From NCBI RefSeq assembly GCF_000002075.1, contig NW_004797391.1, positions 652,805-716,804 on the forward strand: a DNA stretch of 64,000 nt, written 5' to 3'. The notes below the pieces were generated by a model. It had not been told where the DNA came from and did no database searches. It worked only from the letters and a program-made list of their open reading frames with translations. Positions 24,482 to 35,393 of the stretch are shown here, piece after piece; within the stretch, counting starts at the first letter, position 1; every line of letters begins with the position of its first letter. Source of the DNA: Aplysia californica (taxonomy: Eukaryota). Position numbers and translations under genes: made by a program.

Positions 24482-25173
24482 CACTTTGTGAGAGATTGGG
24501 GGGGGGGGGGGATTGTATATAGGTATATATTTGTATGAAAGATGGTGTGAAGATTGTGGGGTGACCTGGAGCAATTCCATACCTTAGTATTTTACTTAAC
24601 TGATTCAGTGCTGAGCCAAAACTTGTGTTCTTTCCTGCTGTGCTGAGCAATTTCTGAGTGAACAGAGCTCCCGGTCTTCCTCAATTTTGCAGATTTGCAG
24701 AATTCCGCAAATGGAAAATTTCCGTGAAATTCATGCCCCCCCCCAAAAATCATTTTAAAAAATGCAAAATTAAAAATTTCCGTAATTACTCATAGTCAAC
24801 AATAGCCAACCCATACCGGAAGTGCTCTTTTATTTGAAAGTGTAGACAGTGTCATTCACTTTCACTTTCTAAAGCACAAGAAGCAAAGCACCAGCTCTGT
24901 AAACAAGAGGAAGAAATGACGATTGTAGCTCAATAGATCTTGAGCCTGCCAAGAAAAGAAAACTCTGAACAGAGCTTGATTTTTTATCAGACTTGTTTAT
25001 TTGTAAGTATTGTTGTAGGTACCAGAAGCTAAATTTTCAAAGTAGCTGTATGCCAAATGTGTCTGTTCCATTTGAAAGGCCTATATCCACTGAGCATTTT
25101 GGTACCATTCTTTAACCTCTCAGTCTATTTTTAAGAAAATAGTAGATGTTTAAAATTTGATCTAATTTGTTAA

Positions 25174-26800
25174 GGGGAGACACTACTTTGAGACCCATTT
25201 TAAAGACATGAGCATAAAGGGCTGTTTTAAAATTTTCATTGGGTTGATTATGAGGATATTGTTGGATTGCAATAAAGATATAGTGATTCTAACACAATCT
25301 GAGCGAGGAGCGGCATGGACTTAGGGGGTTCGGACCCCAAAACAGTGTATTGTGAGGAACACAATTTTACCACCATCCTTTTTTTGTATCTTAATAAAAA
25401 TTGATGTGTGTAAGTACTGTATATTGTTGAATATTCCCACAAAAGGATTTTGCAATAGATCCAATATTGTGCTGTGCAGGCTTTAGGAAATATGTACACA
25501 TTTGGATCGGCCGACATAATCTGCAATTTAAAAAAATTCCTTTGATCACTGAGCTATAGCTTAGGGACTAATAGGTTTATTGCAAAATCCTTCTAAGTGA
25601 ACAGAGGTGAGGTATTTGGCAACACTCCTGCCAAGTTTCGAAGAGATCTAACAGACGGTTGTTGAGAAATAGTGTATTTTGGAAACCCACCCCCTTACGA
25701 TTTTACATTCTGAGAAAAAGAAGAAAATGTAACCAAATTAGTTATCCTGAAATAACCAACACATACAGACATTGAAACCAAGCGCAAAAGTCAAGACTAC
25801 TAGTTTGAGGATTATATTGAGGTAAAATTAGTACAGACAACATCCAATTTCTTCGTAAAACATCCATTTATGAGAACTCACTGAGTCGAAAAATATAATC
25901 CAACAATCCAGCGTCGGAGTTCACAATAATCCCATGTCAAAACCCACCAGCAGCATACTGTTCTCCTCCTTCTGCCCTCACAAGTTCTTACTCCTCACGA
26001 AGTTGGGTTGCCCTCCTCATTTCTCGTCTCCTCTTATTAACATTATCGCACGCCTTTTCCGCCTTCCTCTTTCGAACACCATCCCTCTTGTCACTGTACT
26101 TCTTGGTGGGACAGCCGATGCCGAGTCTCAGGTCCTGGAGAATTCACTGAGTTGCTCTCGCCCCTTGATTGAACTCACCGACACTGACTACCGCTGCCAC
26201 CTCCAGTCTCTTTCTACCTACAAACACGTGCTTTGGGCAGCATGCCCATATCACTGGGTGGATACTTTCTTTTGCGTTTTGTGTTTTCCCGTCAACGCAC
26301 CGTGAAAGCAGCTCGTTGTCAGTCAATCGCTGATATACCGGAAGCATGTGCTGTGTCACAAAGTCCCTCAGGAACGAAGTCATGTGCTTTTCCTGGTCCG
26401 GTGCAGGCAAACCTCTCGATATAGCCCTCTTATAAAAACACCAGGACTCTGCTCCCTCTGGACAGTCTTCATGCTGCGGCTTTTCATTAGTTGACGAACA
26501 GTGCTTGAAGGACGCCCAGATAGCTTTTTTCATTTCAGGAACAATCTGGTGTGCCCTGATAGCTCTAGTAATTGCAATTTTCCAATCTTAACCTGCGTAA
26601 GTTTCCCCTTCCCATGCCCTCCTAAAGTCACTTTTACCTTTTTTTTTGTCCTCCACCAACTTTCTCCAACCTGTCCCTAACCTTTTTGCAATGTGATTTA
26701 CACCCTCCCTCTTCTCTACTATAATCTCATATGGTTTTGAGTCATTGATCTGCTTGATCATATTACTGTCCCCGTCACCCCAATGTTGTTGTGTACAGTC
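25174..26800 (-). mobile_element. 5'-truncated Kolobok-type DNA transposon with transposase pseudogene
   Basis: GDGDS...KREGVNHIAKRLGT (26588-26800) and MKKAIWASFKHCSSTNEKPQHEDCPEGAESWCFY...TQNAKESIH..IWACCPK (26144-26533), with frameshifts. Candidate terminus TTAA|GGGG at 25170-25177. Confidence 0.8.
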
Positions 26801-26922
26801 TGCCCCTGTAGCTAACAACAAAAGAGCCATCACTGGAACCTGGTGGCACCTCATAATACTCATATTCAGCAAGATGCAGCCCTTTCTTCTCAAGATCTGC
26901 ACTGAACCTGATCATGCAGCTG

Positions 26923-27921
26923 GTGACTGATCTTGCAAATGGAGATGCAAAAATTCTTAACAGATTTGCCTCCACAATTTTTTAATCATCAAACTCAATG
27001 ATATTCCTTAGCATCTTATTCTGACTTATCTTCTCATTCACTGTTTTTAAAATTTTTGAATGATAGCTCTCAAGAGCATTTGTAGTGGTGGCATGCATTT
27101 TTAACACATTTACACTGCAGAAGGCTGCCCACAGGTGTTTCTTGCCCCACTAATATTGTGCCACATCAGAAGGCACTAAATTTTTAATTTCATTTGTCAG
27201 ACCCGTGAACTCCTCCTCAGACTCAGTAAGGACCTGGGCCATAAAAGTGTCGTAGACAGCTTTTACAGCCCCGTGTCCTTGTCCACAGTCCTTCTCCAGG
27301 TGCTGTTCTACGGCCTGGGAAATGTGGAACTGGCAGCGGTTCACTGGGATGCCAGGAAACGCTGTGTCAGTTGTAGAAATTTCGGCCATGTCTTTATGAC
27401 AAAGCAGGATGTTTATGAACAGTCATACAGATCTGACAACAGTTTCAAACACTGTGTCATGATGTGCCTGTCCTCCCGAGACAAAATGGCATGGAAGATT
27501 GGCATACCACGGCCCTCCCCGTCTAAAGACATCACAGTTAACAAAGGATAGAGAAAATGATTAATTTTATGTGCACAATCCATCACAAGGACTTCAGGGA
27601 GCTTCTGAAGAGTGCCCCCCATGGCTTTGGTCTGCAAAGCACGAAAAAGAAAACCCCCACTTTCATCCTGTCCCGCCCTTCCAAAGCCACCCTCTTCTAC
27701 AACACCATCCAAAATCCACAGACAAGCATCCCCATCAGAATACCCCCCAGTCCCAGCAAACAGTCGAGAACAGTTGTAAATAAATGTCCTTTGTAAGAAC
27801 AGACTTTCCATGGCGTCTTTCAACAATGGATCTCTTCTCCGCTGTTTTCATAGTGTTTGACACCAGGATGGTCTTGTCCAGTTCATATGGAGTAAAGCGT
27901 TTCTACTCTGGATACAGCTGG
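26923..27921 (-). pseudogene. MULE (Mutator-like, ZSWIM1/3-type) transposase remnant, copy A
   Basis: PEVLVMDCAHKINHFLYPLLTVMSLDGEGRG...KDMAEIS...CQFHISQA...WAA...TTNALESYH, i.e. the MULE D, D, CxxH and E motifs, with frameshifts. Confidence 0.85.
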
Positions 27922-27946
27922 AACACCTGAAAAACAACCCAGCTTG

Positions 27947-29150
27947 TGACTGATCTTGCAAATGGAGTTGAATCTGAGGCATCATAGATCCTAAATACTT
28001 ATGCAACGATTTTTAAGCGATTTGCCTCCACAATTTTTGAATCATCAAACTCAATGATATTCCTTAGCATCTTATTCAGACTTATTTTCTCATTCACTGT
28101 CTTTTTGATTTTAGAATGGTAGCTCTCAAGAGTATTTGTTGTGGTGGCATGCATTTTTAACACATTAACATTGCAGGAGGCTGCCCACAGGTGTTTCTTG
28201 GCCCACTAATTATCTTCAAAATATTGTGCCACACCAGAAGGCACTAAATTTTTAATTTCATTTGTCAGCTCAGACTCAGTAAGGACCTGGGCCATAAAAG
28301 TGTCTAAGACGGCTTTTACAGCCCCGTGTCCTTGTCCACGGTCCTTCTCCAGGTGCTGTTCTACGGCCTGGGAAATGTGGAACTGGCACCGGTTCACTGG
28401 GATGCCAGGAAACGCTGTGTCAGTTGTAGAAATTTCGGCCATGTCTTTGTCTGTAACAAAGCAGGGTGTTTATAAACAATCATACAGATCTGACAACAGT
28501 TTCAAACACTGTGTCATGATGTGCCTGTCCTCCCGAGACAAAAGGGCATGGAAGATTGGCATACCACTGCCCTCCCTGTCTAAAGACATCACAGTTAACA
28601 AAGGATAGAGAAAATGATTAATTTGATATGCACAATCCATCACAAGGACTTCAGGGAACTTCTGTAGAGTGTTCCCCTAGGCTTTGGTCTGTTTGTCAGA
28701 CCCTCGAACTCCTCCTCAGACTCAGTAAGGACCTAGGCCATGGCTTTGGTCTGCAAAGCACAAAAAAGAAAACCCCTCACTTTCATCCTGTCCCGCCCTT
28801 CCAAAGCCACCCTCTTCTACAACACCATCCAAAATCCACAGACAAGCGTCCCCATCAGAATACCCCCCAGTCCCAGCAGTCTAGAACAGTTGTAAATGTC
28901 CTTTGTAAGAACAGACTTTCCATGGCGTCTTTCAACAATGGATGTCTTCTCCGCTGTTTTAATACTGTTGGACACCAGGATCGTCTTGTCCTGTTCATTT
29001 GGTGTCTGCTCTGGATACAGCTGGTTTCTTTGGCCATTTTGTTCAAGTAATGAAAGTCTGGAAATACCTTGCACACCTAGAGCTGATGACATTGTCATAA
29101 ATTTAATGTTGATCATGCAACAAATAAATGAGATGTTAACTTTCATTTGA
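27947..29150 (-). pseudogene. MULE transposase remnant, copy B (diverged tandem duplicate of A)
   Basis: Collinear with copy A from gtgactgatcttgcaaatggag (27947) to ctctggatacagctgg (29024), with scattered substitutions and indels; extends slightly further 5'. Confidence 0.85.
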
Positions 29151-29856
29151 ATTCCGCCAAATTTGGGACAACGGGTATTTAAATTGTATTACTGTTTATT
29201 TAGTTTTTACGTTAAGGGGGCTCGACATTTATTTGAGGTTTCTTTTTTATCCGTCCTTTAAAAAACAAAAAAACTACTATTACCAACTGTAACCTTAGGT
29301 GAAAATATTTCGATTCAACCATGCATTGTCTTGTCAGACCTATTCGTTACCATGGAGACGGTGGCCATTTTGAAAAATAAACAAAAAATACATGCATTTT
29401 TTGGTACATCACCATTCCTATAATTTTCACTCTTTGGTCATTTTTTTGCTTGATATGTCTTCTAGTGACATAGTTGTAGATAGAGAAAGCCTTTGATTGT
29501 CTAATTTATCCTTTTTTGGTACTTTTCAAAGCAATCAAAGTGAACCATATATTTTTAAAAGAAAATACACCCACCCACTCTCAAATATCAAGGTGTAAAA
29601 AAAAAAGTAAGACAAATACAAAAATTATAAATCTTTCTCTATTTGTAGAAATGGATAAACTAGCCCCACGCAAAATTTGAAGACTGTATCTCCAGAAATA
29701 GTAAAATGGTGATGTACCAACTACTGAGCAAGACCTGAAAGATGAAGTTTTGAGAAAAATGACGTTAAAGTTTACATTTGTTAGCTGACATGGCGCATGC
29801 TATGTAAAGTGGTTAGTAGCCAAATAATTCACACCAATGAGTGTTCTGAACCTACC

Positions 29857-32800
29857 TCAACAATTAAAAGCCCCTGAGGAGTATGTAACACCCTCCTGTT
29901 CCTCTCTTTTATCTCTTTCATTGAGGTGCCGCTGTTGGGGATGTTTCCTCTTCCACTTGGAAGCGTTCTTGCCCTTCCTCCTTGCATGGTGAGTCCTCGT
30001 TTCAGCCAATCCAATTGTGTGAGAATGAGTTACTGCTCCCCATGTCAAGCCTAGCCTTTGGAGACACTTTGGAGAGTCCCATTGGTCCCATGTTGAACGA
30101 TATGACACTCAAGGCAACAGCTGTTTCGATGGTCGGGAGGTGAGCAAACAGCACCTTAGGACGTTTCCAGATTGTGGAGTTGAAACACTCGTTTGGATTT
30201 TGAGTGGTCATTTTCGCACACCTTTCCAAAAGTGCTGGATCTGTCAGCTTCTTCATGACGGGGAAGACATACCTTCCAATATCAGGGGATATCGTTGGGT
30301 TGTGGGGAGGCGGCTGTTCACCTTTGGCGAGGGCACGCTTGTATTTGCACCACGATGTTTCACCATCGGGGCATAAACGGTGGTTCGGTGCACTGTCCAT
30401 AGACATCATATGAAATAGACCCCCCATAACACCCATTTTCATCTTATCCACATCTGGGGCATTTTGTCTCAAGTTGGTAGCGTATGTGTTTGTGATCTTT
30501 TTGATTTTTGCAGCAGTCAGCTTGCGATTGAGCTGCTGTTTATTGTCCTTTTTGACCTGCTCGAGCTGGTTAAAAATTCTCTTGGCGATGTGATTCACAG
30601 TCTTCTTTGCGCACTGTGATGTTGTAGATGGTAAGCTCGTTCACACGATTCAGCGCCTTGCTATCCCCGTCGCACAGCATTGTGCCGTAAATAAGCTCCC
30701 GGCGTTCAACTGACCACCCAAAGATCATTTCCGCTGCCTTAGTTTCCATTGCATTTGATGATTTGTTGAAGTTTTTATTACATAGAGGTCTGTGTCGTTC
30801 TAACCAGGCTTCATACTGAGGGGAATCCGGCGATGGTGCACGAACACATCCAGCACAGAAATTCGACACAGTGTAAGTGTCCAGCACAAACCCACTGCAC
30901 AGAAATTCCACACAGTGTAAGTGTCCAGCACAAACCCACTGCACAGAAATTCCACACAGTGTAAGTGTCCAGCACAAACCCACTGCACAGAAATTCGACA
31001 CAGTGTAAGTGTCCAGCACAAACCCACTGCACAGAAATTCCACACAGTGTAAGTGTCCAGCACAAACCCACTGCACAGAAATTCCACACAGTGTAAGTGT
31101 CCAGCACAAACCCACTGCACAGAAATTCCACACAGTGTAAGTGTCCAGCACAAACCCACTGCACAGAAATTCCACACAGTGTAAGTGTCCAGCACAAACC
31201 CACTGCACAGAAATTCCACACAGTGTAAGTGTCCAGCACAAACCCACTGCACAGAAATTCGACACAGTGTAAGTGTCCAGCACAAACCCACTGCACAGAA
31301 ATTCCACACAGTGTAAGTGTCCAGCACAAACCCACTGCACAGAAATTCCACACAGTGTAAGTGTCCAGCACAAACCCACTGCACAGAAATTCGACACAGT
31401 GTAAGTGTCCAGCACAAACCCACTGCACAGAAATTCCACACAGTGTAAGTGTCCAGCACAAACCCACTGTACAGAAATTCGACACAGTGTAAGTGTCCAG
31501 CACAAACCCACTGTACAGAAATTCGACACAGTGTAAGTGTCCAGCACAAACCCACTGTCCACATCAATTGCCACACCCACTCCATAGTGTGACGAATGAC
31601 CCCTTTTGTGCCACGTGCCATCGTACGAAACACCCACAACTTGCACACCAGAGGGACTTGTCTGTTCAGTGGCATAGACTCCAGCCTGATGTCGTTCCTT
31701 CACCACTCTAGCAAAGGCGGACATGACTTCTTCCGCAGCATCAATCGCAGCCGCTCTGACGTCAAGGCCAATTTCACTGAAGGTCTTATGATGCATCACA
31801 TTTGGAACATTCGTAATGCTGAACATTGTTTTCATTGTGCTTAGAGGGGCACCACATTCCTTCGCAGCTAAAACGGTACGCACATTGATATCGTAACGAT
31901 GGGTGGGTTTTGGAAAAGAAGAATTGGACCAAACTTTTTTCTGACACGTATAGCACTCCACCGTGAAACGGCAGGCTAAACCGATGTCTCCTGATGTCGT
32001 AATGGAGATGTTGGAGCCATAACAGATAGGGCATACGATTACCTCAGACAACGATTGAAAAAAACGACGAATGGATGAGGCAGTATCTTTCTTGTAGAAG
32101 ATCAGAAGCAGAGGAATGGTCACCAAAAGCTGACATCTTCTGCTCACATCGTAACGCATTCAGTTGGTCGCCTTCTTCAACAGAACAGTCGGAAGCCGGC
32201 TCACTGTTCGAAAAAGAAATAAAATTGTATTACAACCATGGTTCGTTAGTTTTAGTTTAGAATTTTATCGCACTTGCAACACAATAATATATATAAGTGG
32301 TGAAAATTAGAAGTGTTACAAGAGAGTAACAAACACAAAAAAGGAGGAGAGATCAGGACGATAGATGTTTGAGGAAAGAAGGAGCACATAACATCAGAGC
32401 ACCCGCCAACCACCCATACACAATAAGGTGATTTCTAGATTTCAAGTAAGACAGATTGACGAACCTAGATCTAGATCTAGACAGTGTCATGCATGTGAGA
32501 ATCCGATCTTCCTTCCCATTTCCATTCTTCATCATACCATTACCAACCCTTGGAGGAAAGATTTTAGATGAAGAAAACACCAACCAGAGTATTTCTGAGA
32601 CAAGCTTTGAAGAATAAGTAAATCTAAATCTGGATCTAAATTTTTCTTACCTGTCCATATCAATAGCTGAAGATAGTCGGGGTCAGATACAATAAGTGGC
32701 TGATCGTGCAACTGTAATGGTTCATCAGTGTCGAGGGCCTCCTCATCTCGGGTCGTTTCTTCGTCATTTTCACGGACCTGACCGGCGGCATGCCTCCCTC

Positions 32801-32867
32801 TGGGCTTGGAATAGATACCACGTTTCTTTTTCCGACCAAAAGCTAATGTTTTTCCGCTTCTCTGCAT
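29857..32867 (-). pseudogene. Spliced transposase gene of the Kolobok-type element, frameshifted
   Basis: Putative exon 1 at 32867-32651 (MQRSGKTLAFGRKKKRG..., donor gtaaga). Acceptor tttcgaacag precedes 32203. ORFs 30570..32159, 30002..30598 and 29857..30108 are joined by frameshifts at ~30598 and ~30065. Confidence 0.8.
30853..31557. repeat. 16 x 44-bp tandem minisatellite inside the transposase CDS
   Basis: Unit gcacagaaattc(c/g)acacagtgtaagtgtccagcacaaacccact; gtgtaagtgt recurs every 44 nt from 30871 to 31531; no spacers. Confidence 0.98.
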
Positions 32868-34784
32868 TTTAGAGCAGATAGAAATAGGCAGAACGCTTTC
32901 CAAGTCACGGCAGGCTTTATCTCACTTTGCTAGACTTTCACAATGGCGTAGACCACAACATGCCAGAGGTACGAGTACGCGCGATTTGCATTAGGGCACT
33001 TTCGATTTCGCAGCAGTTTACTGTTTTCCATAAAACAATCGACATTTTAACCAGATATATTTTACATTTATATTTATAAATGATTTAATATTTTAAAAAT
33101 AAAAATAACGCTAAAGAAAGCCCAAAACATAGTTCTTAGTCGTTTCCGAAATGTGGTTCCAATTTCTGGAAGAGATGACATGGTGGCAATTCATGCAGCA
33201 GTTGCTATCGACCAACCACATCGTAGAATTTGTTGCGCTCGTGGTCTTATTTGAATGCTACTGGCCAACGCTGTAATCGACTCACGAGGCTGATTCGAAT
33301 ACTGTTGAATAGATGAAATCGTAATCTTTCCAACGGTATACAACATGGCTATAGTTGGCTATGATGGCAAGCTGGTTGCTATGGTTCAAACATTGCTCTT
33401 TTGTGAGTTCTTTTCAACATTTCGCTTTACGGCCGCCATTTGTGGGATAGAGTGTCTCCTAAAATACTAATAAAAGACACCTTTATGGCGTTTTTCAACA
33501 TTATGATCGATAACGTTGTAAAGTAGAATGATTCGACTGTCACAATATGCCAAAACCTCGATTTCGATATTTTACAAGAAAAACAATGTAAAACGGGCTG
33601 GAATCGACCCCTGAGCCCCCTTAAGACACGACGGGCAAATTATGGCTAACCTCTTATTTTGTGTTGTTTGCTTGGGGTCTTTTGGACAAAATGGTCCGAG
33701 TTGCATCCCCATCTCTATAACAAAGAGATTGGAAATTCCTTAACTGTAGATGGAATTGCGCCGGTTCACCCCACCCTATATCGAGTGTCTGCGACAAGTT
33801 AATGTACATGAACAAAATGTGTGTATATTTATTTCTATGGAAAGAGAGTTTAGTTTCTTCAGTAAGAGTTTCATGGCAATTGCAACTGTAGAGTAGAGGT
33901 GTTATGAGAGAGTAACAGACAAAGAAAAGGAGGAGGTGAGATAAGGATGATAGATGTTTGATTGAGAAACGAAGGTGCTAACCACACCAGTGTGATTGTG
34001 CTATTTGAGTGTTTTCTATATTATATGTGATGCACATTTAGTGTATGTTTTGACTTATGTATAGAATGAATGTGTATACAACAAATATGTCGATAGTGTG
34101 TATGGGCTGATACTGTGTAGTGAGTATGCAGCTTGTGTATCATAAATTATTGGAGATTGAGAGAGGAAAGAAAAGTTATACTGCCACTGCTGTAAATATC
34201 TATTTGAAAAGGGAATGTCCCAATAAACATTAAGAAAACAATAAAACATGTGTGATCTGGTTATATATATATTTGTTTTATTATTGCTAATGATTTGTGA
34301 AAACATTTTGGCTTCCTGTGTTGTCAGCCTGAGGGATGTGTTCAGTATCTTCATGAAGCTGCAAGAACTGACAACTGTGCCATAAGCTGCCAAAACACCT
34401 TTTCTTTCATTCACAGCAGTTTTGAGAAAGAGGTTTTTTTTGTCGGCATAACTTTGAAAATAAAAATGCTTCCAAAATTTGAATTCTAATTTATTTAAAA
34501 ATTAGTCACAGTTTCATTTTGATATATTTCAGTCAAGTAGGGTAAAACTGGTCATGCTTTCGATTTAGCAAATAAAAGATTTTTGGTGCCAGAATGAAAA
34601 AAGGGTGTTTTGTCAGCTTACGGCAGCTGTGCTTCATGGCATTCGTAAGATGTGTACCACACGCACACAGACACACTTACATGTCTTACTGTCACATTAG
34701 TAGGATTAGTCCACAATAAACGCTGACTGCAGCTAGTCTGTGATCAGACATCGTCTTTCACAAAATAAAATTGAGTTTGAGGGT

Positions 34785-35393
34785 GTGGAACGTCGCAGAT
34801 ACAAACGGGTCACAGTCTTCACACACAACCCACGGCAACTGATCATTATTACAATCATAAGCTAGTCTTGAATTAGAGATCTGCATAATGAATTGTTCTC
34901 TGGTCTACGGAATCAAAAGTTGCCGTATGCAATGCTCTACTCGGCAACACAACTTTTTGGCAAACAATCGAGATGACTCCAGTCTGTGGGAGACTCATTG
35001 GAGAAATCATATTAACAACAAACTCCACCACATCTAGCCCAAACTGGGTCCACGAAAACCTTCCGGCCTCTCCAGAAGAGATGAAGTCATTTTTACTTGA
35101 TTAGGCATCGGACACATGGCCCTAACACATAAATACCTCCTTCAGGGAGAGGAGAAGCTGTTCAGTGTCGGATGCGACACATATTACCATTAGTAGACAC
35201 ATTTCAACCAAATGTCTAGACTTTGGAGAGACCCGAAGGAAATATTTTAGATGCAAAAAATAGCAAGATCTGTTTTCCGTCGCACAGTGCCTGTTATCAT
35301 CTACACAAAACCTCAAGTTTGCAATAACGAACACTCGGATTCAACGAGATTTTAGGTCGGGCCAGGCGACCTCGTTGGATCCGAGCTCCACTG
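34785..35393. mobile_element. Partial Tc1/mariner-type MITE, same family as 40324-41143
   Basis: Matches 40745-41143 and ends ctcgttggatccgagctccactg|ta. Confidence 0.8.
34976..35280 (+). mobile_element. 3' fragment of an I/Nimb-group LINE nested in the MITE
   Basis: Translates as WETHWRNHINNKLHHI*PKLG...SRRDEVIFT*LGIGHMALTHKYLLQGEE...C...HI...C, the RLRIGH/CCHC C-terminus of I-group ORF2. Confidence 0.75.

Larger units (their letters stand above)
29216..33620 (-). mobile_element. Full-length Kolobok-type DNA transposon (4405 bp)
   Basis: TTAA|GGGGGCTC ... GAGCCCCC|TTAA (8-bp TIR, TTAA TSD, GG..CC ends) enclosing a DDE transposase with SYDGTWHKRGHSS, CDGDSK, EDC-NHIAKR, HxLCP..SWC and TQNPNECFNS motifs. 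This protein family is often labelled Mutator-like, but the TTAA TSD points to Kolobok. Confidence 0.88.

Noticed and set aside
30853-31557. CRISPR-like array
   Set aside because: The units are contiguous with no unique spacers, derive from the transposase CDS, have no cas genes nearby, and the context is eukaryotic.
30800-31675. Overlapping ORFs 30800..31675 and 30811..31503 as separate genes
   Set aside because: They are by-products of a repeat unit that is stop-free in all three minus-strand frames.
29216-33620. KolobokP-type composite element with long terminal direct repeats and a homing endonuclease
   Set aside because: The two terminal ~600-bp regions are not direct repeats and no His-Me nuclease ORF is visible.
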